Origin: Clostridia bacterium
Lineage (GTDB): Bacteria > Bacillota > Clostridia > UMGS1883
Length of the DNA: 40,006 bases
Reading direction: 5' to 3'
Assembly (NCBI GenBank): GCA_045580605.1
Contig: JAZNOC010000035.1
Span: forward strand, 1-40,006
Position numbers and translations under genes: made by a program
In this document: positions 9,276 to 16,233 of the stretch, in pieces
How the letters are laid out: each line of letters begins with the position of its first letter
Position numbering within the stretch: the first letter of the stretch is position 1
Notes under the pieces: generated by a model
Told to the model about the DNA's origin: nothing
The model's database searches: none
The model's input: only the letters and a program-made list of their open reading frames with translations

Positions 9276-9926
9276 ATGAGCATTAACAAAAGCTATGCTG
9301 TTTTTGGGCTTGGAAGATATGGAAGAGCAGTCGTAAGTGAACTGCTGAGTAACGGGGCTGAGGTATTGGCAGTGGACTCTAACCCCAGAGTTGTTGATGA
9401 ACTGGTCGGTGAAATCCCGATTTGCAAATGTGCAGATATAACAGATTTAGGCGCAATTAAGCAGCTTGGGATATCGAATGTGGATGTTGTTATAATTTCA
9501 ATGGCAAAAAATTTCGAGGCCAGCGTGATGGCGACTATGCTCTGCAAGGAAGTGGGGGTTAAAAGGGTCATTGTAAAATGCTCCAACGAATCCCATTACA
9601 AAATCTTGAAAAAAGTTGGCGCAGATGAGGTTGTTTTGCCCGAACAGGAATCGGGAATCAGGCTTGCGAAAAATATTTTAAGCTCGGGCTTTATTGATAT
9701 TGCCGATATATCTGATAATATCTCGGTTTTGGAGCTGGATATAAAAACAGAATGGGTTGGAAAAACACTCAAAGAGCTTGACCTGAGAAAGAGATATAAC
9801 ATAAACGTAATTGCATTAAAAGAAAATGGTATTACAGATATTACGGTAAACCCTGATTTGACCTTAAGCAAGGATATGAAAATGATTGTGGTGGCAAATC
9901 AAAAGGAAATCAACCGAATTAAGTAA
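9276..9926 (+). CDS. ktrA: TrkA/KtrA-family RCK (NAD-binding) regulatory subunit
   Basis: Rossmann motif FGLGRYGRAV, about 216 aa, located immediately after ktrB. I prefer ATG 9276 (AAGGAG at 9262-9267, spacing 8 nt) over the ORF-track GTG at 9267. Confidence 0.85.
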   Translation: MSINKSYAVFGLGRYGRAVVSELLSNGAEVLAVDSNPRVVDELVGEIPICKCADITDLGAIKQLGISNVDVVIISMAKNFEASVMATMLCKEVGVKRVIVKCSNESHYKILKKVGADEVVLPEQESGIRLAKNILSSGFIDIADISDNISVLELDIKTEWVGKTLKELDLRKRYNINVIALKENGITDITVNPDLTLSKDMKMIVVANQKEINRIK

Positions 9927-10205
9927 ATTTGCGGCATTTGCGGCGGAATAGCCCGGTACTTTGATACTGACTCTATGATAGTTCGTCCGGTATTATCGCA
10001 TAACCATTGAAGCTTTATTCGAATGCACACATATAAACAGATGATTTCGTATGTAACACCTGCTCTCGGTATGGAGGAAAAATTATGCTACCGTGAAGAC
10101 TTGCATACAGATAAGCCTATTGGATTTTAAACTTCCGGAGGAGGTGTTATGTTTGACACCGCAAAGGCCTTGCCTAAGACTATGAAAAAATATGGAAATG
10201 ACAAA

Positions 10206-10250
10206 CGTAATCCTAGCGTAAAAATGCGCTCGGATTACGTTTATTTTTAT
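10206..10250 (+). terminator. Intrinsic terminator closing the ktrA-downstream non-coding stretch
   Basis: Stem cgtaatcc (10206-10213) with ggattacg (10232-10239), plus inner agcg/cgct pairing, followed by TTTATTTTT. Confidence 0.6.
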
Positions 10251-10259
10251 AAAAAAACA

Positions 10260-10287
10260 TTGACATATTTACGCTAAGGTATATAAT
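10260..10287 (+). promoter_or_regulatory. Sigma-A-type promoter of the zinc-ribbon gene cluster
   Basis: TTGACA (10260-10265), a 16-nt spacer, then TATAAT (10282-10287). Confidence 0.6.
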
Positions 10288-10351
10288 ATTATTGTAGAAT
10301 ATTGTGGAAATATCTGCAATAATACGAAAAAATGACAAAAGGAGTTTTGCT

Positions 10352-12154
10352 ATGTTTTGTTCAAAATGTGGCACGAAGGTTGCTGAAGGTACAAAATTTT
10401 GCCAAAATTGTGGAACTAGCGTTTCTTCCATAGAGGAAGGCACAGTTCTGACAATGCAGGAACCGGATGCTGTTGAAAATTCGTTTCCGGCAGAGGATAA
10501 CATGAGTACTATATTACTAGCAGACGATATTAATGATATAAGTCCTCGTAAAAAGAAAAAGGTTTTACTACCGGTAATTGCTGCAATAATTGTAGTTTGT
10601 GCAATTGGTTTTTTGTTTAAGGATGCTGTTTTAGCGGCATTTGCACCAAGGTTCTATGCTCAAAATGCACTTTTAAATACAATCGAAAAAATTGCAGAAG
10701 AGACAAGAACTGCCAACAAAAATATTTTTGGCTTTGATATCGACGGTGCAAAGGAGCTTTCTGCCTCTGTTAAGGCAGAGTTTGACAAGATTGGAGATTA
10801 TGATCTTAACGGTCTTGGTGTAAGCTTTTCATCATCAGCATCAGACAAAAAAGAAAAACTGATGTACAGTGGCGAGCTTTTGTATGATGGCGACAGCATA
10901 ATGTCTATCCTTGCAATGCTTGACAATGAAAACATATATTTTGACGTTCCCGAGCTTTTTGATGAGAGCATCAGCATGCCCTCTAAGGAATTCGGAAAAG
11001 CATGGAATGACAGTGATCTTGCTGATGAATCCGGTATTGAGTTTGATGAAGACCTTGACTTGTCTTATAAAAACCTTACAAAGAATGATGAGCTCTTCAC
11101 AAAGGAAACACAAAAAGCTCTTGAGAAGAATACTATAGAATTCATCAAGACAGCAGAGATTGATATTTCAAAGGGTAATGCAAGTGTTAATGGAAAATCT
11201 GTAAATACAAGAGAAGTTACAATTACGGTGGATCCCGGGGACATTGAGGATTATCTGGTTGAGACTATAGATATTATAGAAGACGATGAAAACCTTAAGG
11301 ATTCGATTTCATCCGCTGTAATTTCATCTGCTGCGGCAGATGAAATAGATGAAGTATTCTCACAGTTGCGAGACGGAATCGAGGAAGTTTGTGGGTATAT
11401 TGACGATACTACTATCGTTATGGATGTTTATCGCGGAAATGTTGTGTGCTTTAGTGTTGAGACTCAGGTTGAAGAAGCAGAAATAAGAGCTGAAATTGCA
11501 TTTGGCGACAGCAAAACATTGATAAATGATATAAGCGCTCTTCTCGAAATCGAGGCAGAGGGCGAGAAGCATTCAGTAGAGATTACATCTACAGGCAACC
11601 ACATCGGAAAAGGCAATACATATACAGATGAGACCACTGTTGATATAAAGATTCCTTATGAAGATAGAATGTCGTTTGAACATACGTTAAATCTTGACAT
11701 GAAAAAGAAGGTTTATGAACAGGAGCTTGAATTCTCTTCAGACGACGAAAGCGGAAGAATTAGCTTGGAAGGCACCTGTTCTAACAAAAAGGAATTTAAG
11801 CTTACTATAGATGAAGTTGAATTTATAGACAATGGTGATGATTACAAGATAAAGGGTAGCTTTGAGATAGCTGTTTCACCTAAGGTTAAATTTGATAAGG
11901 TTAACACAAAGGATTCTCTCAACATTCTTGAAGCTGACGAGGATGACCTTATGGACTGGGCAGAAGACGTAGAAAACAACGCTACGGACTGGGCAGAAGA
12001 TAACGAAAAGCTTTACGAGTTGTTTGGATACGGCTCAAGTTATGATGATTACTACTACTATGACGATTACTACGATGATTACGACTATGACTATGACGAC
12101 TATGACTATGACGACTATTATTATGATGACTATGATGATTACTACTACAATTAA
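10352..12154 (+). CDS. Zinc-ribbon, single-pass membrane protein with a large acidic ectodomain and a pure Asp/Tyr C-terminal tail
   Basis: Start ATG 10352 follows AAAAGGAG (10337-10344); the ORF-track GTG 10304 is an upstream extension. The N-terminus MFCSKCGTKVAEGTKFCQNCG is a CxxC..CxxC zinc ribbon. KKKK followed by VLLPVIAAIIVVCAIGFLF is a transmembrane helix with the N-terminus inside. The ectodomain is about 450 aa. The protein ends in YDDYYYYDDYYDDYDYDYDDYDYDDYYYDDYDDYYYN. Confidence 0.85.
   Translation: MFCSKCGTKVAEGTKFCQNCGTSVSSIEEGTVLTMQEPDAVENSFPAEDNMSTILLADDINDISPRKKKKVLLPVIAAIIVVCAIGFLFKDAVLAAFAPRFYAQNALLNTIEKIAEETRTANKNIFGFDIDGAKELSASVKAEFDKIGDYDLNGLGVSFSSSASDKKEKLMYSGELLYDGDSIMSILAMLDNENIYFDVPELFDESISMPSKEFGKAWNDSDLADESGIEFDEDLDLSYKNLTKNDELFTKETQKALEKNTIEFIKTAEIDISKGNASVNGKSVNTREVTITVDPGDIEDYLVETIDIIEDDENLKDSISSAVISSAAADEIDEVFSQLRDGIEEVCGYIDDTTIVMDVYRGNVVCFSVETQVEEAEIRAEIAFGDSKTLINDISALLEIEAEGEKHSVEITSTGNHIGKGNTYTDETTVDIKIPYEDRMSFEHTLNLDMKKKVYEQELEFSSDDESGRISLEGTCSNKKEFKLTIDEVEFIDNGDDYKIKGSFEIAVSPKVKFDKVNTKDSLNILEADEDDLMDWAEDVENNATDWAEDNEKLYELFGYGSSYDDYYYYDDYYDDYDYDYDDYDYDDYYYDDYDDYYYN
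12041..12148 (+). repeat. Imperfect GAY/TAY codon repeat encoding 36 consecutive Asp/Tyr residues
   Basis: The direct reading is tat gat gat tac tac tac tat gac gat tac tac gat gat tac gac tat gac tat gac gac tat gac tat gac gac tat tat tat gat gac tat gat gat tac tac tac. Confidence 0.95.
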
Positions 12155-12184
12155 AAAATAATATATTAAGAAAAGGAGAAAACT

Positions 12185-14158
12185 ATGTTTTGTACGAATT
12201 GTGGAACAAAAAATGATGATGGTGTAAAGTTTTGCACCAACTGCGGAGCAGATCTTCAGGCAACAGAGGCGAATGCTCAGAAGGTAGAAGCTACTGAAGC
12301 GGCTCCCGAAGTTGAGGCTGTTCAAGCAGCAGTAGCTACCCAAGAGGTTGCAGAATCAGTAGAGGATTTTACGGAAACCGAGGCGGCCATAGGCAAACCT
12401 TTTATCAAAAAGATTATTGCTGCAGTAATTGCTGTTATAGTTTTGGCAGCTGTTGTAGTTGCAGGCTTTAAGATAGTAGGTATGTTTAGTGATGAGGTTG
12501 ATCACAGTAAAGACCCGCTTCTTTATGTTAAGGACGGGGAAGTGAATGTTCTCCCAGAAGGCAAGAAGGAATCATACGAAATTGCAGATATTGACGACGA
12601 TACGCTGGTTGCATATACATTCGACGTAACTCTTACAGACGACGGCAAGGGACTTTTCTTCCCTGATGACCTCTCAGAGAATGAGTTTGACCTTTATTAC
12701 AGAAAGGTTAACGATGTAAAAGGTAAGGACGGCAAAGGTCAGAAAGTAGCTAAGGATGTAACAAGCTATGAAGTGGTTCCCGGTAAAAAGGATATCGTGT
12801 ACACCAGTGACGACAAGCTTTACTACTGTAACCTTAAAGATGACAGAGTAATTGATAAGGATGTAACATATTTCTATATTACAGAAGACGGCAAAAAGGT
12901 TTGCTATTGGGATGATGACGAGAACTTCTACATTTGTGGATTAGGGAAGAATGACAAGCCCGAAAAGATAGACTCCGATATTGAACTTGTTTCATCACCG
13001 TACACAGATTATGAGAAATTCTACTACATAAAGGATGAAAAGCTCTACGAAAAAGAGCTTGGCAAATCCAAGAAGAAACTGGCTTCAGATGTGTGCGATG
13101 CATTTGTTCTTGACGGAAAAGTGTTTGTTGAAAAAGTGGAAACTAAGGAGCTCAAGTTTAAAGACCTTATGATTGACGACCTTGACTCTGAAGACGCTCC
13201 GATAGATCCCGATACTATCGAAAGTCCCAATTATGACGATTACGATGACTATGATGCTTATTGGGATGCTTATGACGCTTACTGGGAAGAGTACGAGGAA
13301 GCTTACGAAAAGTGGAATATGTACGAAAATGTTGAAGAAATCAAGGAATATTTTGACGAAAACCCCATAGAAAAGACGACCTTCTCTATTTATGAGTTGA
13401 AGGGGGAAAAGCTCAATCTGATCGATGAAGGTATTGCAGAGTTTGAATCAAACTATGATCAAATCAGAACCTACTATAAAGCCTCAAAAGAAAAAGATTT
13501 CAAGAAGATAAAGCTCAGTGAGGTTACAGGTCAGTACGATGCCGAGAATAAGATTTACGAGGCAATGTATGAAAAAGACCCCGAATACACACTTTGTGTA
13601 TTAACTGCGTCAGGAAAGAGCTTTGTAGGATTTGAGGTTGAAGGTCGAATCAGCGACATGCATATCACAGAAGACGGAAAAACCATGTATGTTCTTGATA
13701 AGAAGGAAGGAAAAGAAGAGGGCGAACTTGTACAGTATAAGATTGGCTCTTCTAAGCTTTCGGGTAAGAAGGTCATTTCTGAAGACGTTTCATCCTTCGA
13801 TGTTTGCGATGACAACGCGTTCATTGTATATGACAAGGACGACGAGGCTACCTTCATTAAAAATAGCAAGAAAACTTCTCTTGGCGAAAATATATATTCT
13901 TATAATTATATTGATGGTGTGCTTTACTATTTGAGCGACTACGATGATTACTCAGGTGAACTTTGCGTTTGTGAAAGTGGAAAGACTAAGACAATCGTTG
14001 ACGATGTAGCACAATTCAATGTATTCAGTAGTAAGAGAATTGCGTACATTTCTGATTATGATACAGAAGACAGATACGGCGAACTTTACATCTGTAACAA
14101 GAAGGGCAAAGGCAAGCTTGTTGACGAAGAAGTTTCAGCTATATTAGCTTGGAATTAG
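12185..14158 (+). CDS. Zinc-ribbon, single-pass membrane protein with a repeat-rich (possibly beta-propeller-like) ectodomain
   Basis: N-terminus MFCTNCGTKNDDGVKFCTNCG is a zinc ribbon. It is followed by an E/A/T/V-rich linker, the transmembrane helix IIAAVIAVIVLAAVVVAGF, and an ectodomain with recurring ..DG.(L/V)YY.. strands (LLYVKDGEV, DKLYYCNL, FYYIKDEKLY, IDGVLYYLSD, GELYICN). There is an internal D/Y/W/E acidic-aromatic segment. A strong RBS AAAGGAG is present. Confidence 0.85.
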   Translation: MFCTNCGTKNDDGVKFCTNCGADLQATEANAQKVEATEAAPEVEAVQAAVATQEVAESVEDFTETEAAIGKPFIKKIIAAVIAVIVLAAVVVAGFKIVGMFSDEVDHSKDPLLYVKDGEVNVLPEGKKESYEIADIDDDTLVAYTFDVTLTDDGKGLFFPDDLSENEFDLYYRKVNDVKGKDGKGQKVAKDVTSYEVVPGKKDIVYTSDDKLYYCNLKDDRVIDKDVTYFYITEDGKKVCYWDDDENFYICGLGKNDKPEKIDSDIELVSSPYTDYEKFYYIKDEKLYEKELGKSKKKLASDVCDAFVLDGKVFVEKVETKELKFKDLMIDDLDSEDAPIDPDTIESPNYDDYDDYDAYWDAYDAYWEEYEEAYEKWNMYENVEEIKEYFDENPIEKTTFSIYELKGEKLNLIDEGIAEFESNYDQIRTYYKASKEKDFKKIKLSEVTGQYDAENKIYEAMYEKDPEYTLCVLTASGKSFVGFEVEGRISDMHITEDGKTMYVLDKKEGKEEGELVQYKIGSSKLSGKKVISEDVSSFDVCDDNAFIVYDKDDEATFIKNSKKTSLGENIYSYNYIDGVLYYLSDYDDYSGELCVCESGKTKTIVDDVAQFNVFSSKRIAYISDYDTEDRYGELYICNKKGKGKLVDEEVSAILAWN

Positions 14159-14191
14159 TAATTATCATAAGCGGAGAGGAGCTTTTATAGG

Positions 14192-14593
14192 ATGGCAGAT
14201 TTTTTTGATAAAGTTATTGACGGAGTAAACAAGGGTGTTGCTACCGTAAGCACAGGGTCAAAAACAATTCTTGAAAAAACAAAGATAAACAGTGTTATTA
14301 AAACCCTCGCTGACGAGAAAAAACAGCTATTGGAGATTCTCGGAAACAAGGTGTATACATACTCGTTATCTGAGGGTAAGGATGTTCCCTATGCTGAAAT
14401 CGAGTCAATATGTGCACAGATTACTTTGAGGGTCTCTCAGATAGAAGAACAGCAGGCAAAGATAAGTATGCTCGATGATGAAATGCACAAAATAACAGGT
14501 GCGTCAAGTATCTCAACAAGTATTTGCTCATGCGGTCATGTTAATGCAAATAATGCAAAATTCTGTGCATTGTGCGGCAAAAAATTATCATAA
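14192..14593 (+). CDS. Small soluble protein with predicted coiled coil and a C-terminal zinc ribbon
   Basis: 133 aa with no transmembrane helix. It has a heptad-like central region (EKKQLLEILGNK.., QIEEQQAKISMLDDEM). The C-terminus CSCGHVNANNAKFCALCGKKL is a CxC..CxxC zinc ribbon. Confidence 0.75.
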   Translation: MADFFDKVIDGVNKGVATVSTGSKTILEKTKINSVIKTLADEKKQLLEILGNKVYTYSLSEGKDVPYAEIESICAQITLRVSQIEEQQAKISMLDDEMHKITGASSISTSICSCGHVNANNAKFCALCGKKLS

Positions 14594-14595
14594 AG

Positions 14596-14634
14596 AAAAC
14601 CTCGTCTTGCAATGATGTGAGACGGGGTTTTTTT
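14596..14634 (+). terminator. Intrinsic terminator ending the zinc-ribbon cluster
   Basis: Stem aaaacctcgtct with agacggggtttt (one G-U pair), followed by a T7 run. Confidence 0.75.
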
Positions 14635-14653
14635 ATGAATCGCAAATCTGTAC

Positions 14654-14682
14654 TTGAAAAAGAGCTTATGTTTTGGTAAAAT
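14654..14682 (+). promoter_or_regulatory. Sigma-A-type promoter upstream of the PsiE-like gene
   Basis: TTGAAA (14654-14659), a 17-nt spacer, then TAAAAT (14677-14682). Confidence 0.45.
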
Positions 14683-14746
14683 TAATGTATAAAATTGACA
14701 GATATGTTTAAAAAACATATCGAAAACTGAAGAAAAGGAGAAAATT

Positions 14747-15208
14747 ATGAGAAAGAAACTTCAGGACAAAATGTTTGAATTGACCTACATTTTTGAGCTT
14801 TTTACATCCCTGATAGTTGGCATTGCCATTATTATTTTTTCAGTGCGTATGTTTGCCGATATATTTGATAAATCTGCCTATATTGAGGGCGTAGGCTCAC
14901 TCGTAAAAATTTTAGATGATGCGATTATCCTTGCAATCGGGGCTGAGTTTATAAAAATGCTTTGCAAGCACACTCCCGAAACAGTAATCGAGGTAATTGC
15001 CTTTGCACTTGCACGTCAGTTGATTGTGGGACATGCTAAGCCACTTGAAAATTTTATTACTGTGCTTGCTATTGCGGTGCTCTTCGCAGTCAGAAGATTT
15101 TTACTCAAGAAATACGATATGGTAGAAACGCCCGAGGGGCTTATTGAAAATGACGGCAAATCAAACAGCGAAAAACAGGAAGAAAGAGAGCTTGTTCTAA
15201 GTAAATAA
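14747..15208 (+). CDS. PsiE-like (phosphate-starvation-inducible E family) small membrane protein
   Basis: 153 aa with 3-4 hydrophobic helices. The layout ..LDDAIILAIGAEFIKML...VIEVIAFALARQLIV.. resembles PsiE-family proteins. The assignment is from memory. Confidence 0.5.
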   Translation: MRKKLQDKMFELTYIFELFTSLIVGIAIIIFSVRMFADIFDKSAYIEGVGSLVKILDDAIILAIGAEFIKMLCKHTPETVIEVIAFALARQLIVGHAKPLENFITVLAIAVLFAVRRFLLKKYDMVETPEGLIENDGKSNSEKQEERELVLSK

Positions 15209-15289
15209 AAAGTTTTTAATTGACGCTACACAGAGGTTTGTATTATAATAATATTGATAATATATTGCAAAATAGCATGAGGTGAAATA

Positions 15290-16222
15290 ATGAAAAAGAC
15301 TGAGCTTTTAAAGCAAATCGGCTCCGTTGAACAAATCGGAGGAATTAAAGATTTTACTTATAACGACGGCAAAAGGAAAGGCGTTCGTGCGATTGAGATA
15401 AATACGGGCAGTGTCTGCTTTACTGTGCTTCCCGACAGATGTATGGATGTTGCACAGGCTTTCTTTAAAGGACGTGCAGTCAGCTGGATATCAAGAACGG
15501 GTATCACCTCGCCCTCTTTTTACGAGAAAGACGGCTTAAACTTTTTAAGAGGTTTTTATGGAGGTCTTATAACAACCTGCGGTCTAAAAAATATTGGCGG
15601 ACCGTATAAAGACCAGGGTCTGCACGGAAGAATTGCCAACACTCCTGCCGAAAACGTGTGCGTATCAGCCGAGTGGGTTGGCGACGACTATGTTATGAGC
15701 GTTTCCGGTCAGATGCGTGAAAGCAGTGTTTTCGGTGAAAATCTTCTTCTCAAAAGAACAATCACTGCAAAGCTTTTTGATGACGAATTTACAGTTACCG
15801 ACACGATAGTAAACGAGGGGTTTAAAGACGAGGATATCGCACTTTGCTACCACTGCAATTTTGGTTACCCGCTCGTAAGAGACGGAGCAAAGATAGTAAA
15901 TGTTCAGCCGGAGATTGCAGATATACACGCACCTATGCATGGGAAAGAGGAGGAGTGCATCGGAGTTGAGCATACGGGTGATATTGCCTCTGCAGGTATT
16001 GAAAATGGTGAAATGGGGGCATATATTACATATAAGAGAGATAACCTTCCTAAGTTCCTTGTATGGAAAATGCTTGGTGAAGGCGATTATGTTGTAGGTC
16101 TTGAGCCGAGGACATCAAACTGGGGCGGTGCTAACGTAGATAAAAACGGAGAATATGTAAAACTGAAGCCATTTGAGGAATACACAACAAATCTTAAGTT
16201 TAGCTTTAAGGACTTAAAATAG
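15290..16222 (+). CDS. Aldose-1-epimerase-like protein (DUF4432 type)
   Basis: 310 aa. Motifs ..LPDRCMDV..W.S..G..SP.FYE....FLRGFYGGLITTCGLKNIG.P....GLHGRIANTPAENV.. are characteristic of the DUF4432 / mutarotase-like fold. A TTGACG..TATAAT promoter-like site lies at 15220-15249. Confidence 0.7.
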   Translation: MKKTELLKQIGSVEQIGGIKDFTYNDGKRKGVRAIEINTGSVCFTVLPDRCMDVAQAFFKGRAVSWISRTGITSPSFYEKDGLNFLRGFYGGLITTCGLKNIGGPYKDQGLHGRIANTPAENVCVSAEWVGDDYVMSVSGQMRESSVFGENLLLKRTITAKLFDDEFTVTDTIVNEGFKDEDIALCYHCNFGYPLVRDGAKIVNVQPEIADIHAPMHGKEEECIGVEHTGDIASAGIENGEMGAYITYKRDNLPKFLVWKMLGEGDYVVGLEPRTSNWGGANVDKNGEYVKLKPFEEYTTNLKFSFKDLK

Positions 16223-16233
16223 GGAGAATATAT

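Noticed and set aside
9927-9944. The tandem 9-mer atttgcggc repeated twice, right after the ktrA stop.
   Set aside because: There are only two copies over 18 nt. That is too short to call a repeat element or CRISPR-like array, so it is mentioned only within the non-coding-region finding.
10149-10277. A 42-codon ORF (MFDTAKALPKTMKKYGNDKRNPSV...) behind a very strong GGAGGAGG.
   Set aside because: The frame reads through an intrinsic terminator hairpin and into the -35 box of the next promoter. I did not call it as a CDS, and it is kept only as part of the non-coding-region finding.
10304-10351. N-terminal extensions in the ORF track (10304, 30393, 31237, 31940, 18567, 38601 and 39052 starts).
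   Set aside because: In each case an internal start has a properly spaced Shine-Dalgarno sequence. The extension also overlaps a promoter, a terminator or the upstream gene, or disagrees with the conserved family N-terminus.
12035-12343. A 102-aa minus-strand ORF containing a long run of only Ile and Val (…IVVVIIIVIIIIVVIVIVVIVIVVIIVVIVIVVVIII…).
   Set aside because: It is the mirror image of the GAY/TAY repeat on the plus strand. It has no RBS, and it spans the 3' end of protein A, the intergenic RBS and the start of protein B. It is an antisense artefact.
10352-14158. The zinc-ribbon/TM/ectodomain proteins as anti-sigma factors.
   Set aside because: No sigma-factor gene is adjacent. The motif is a double CxxC ribbon, not the HxxxCxxC zinc-anti-sigma motif.
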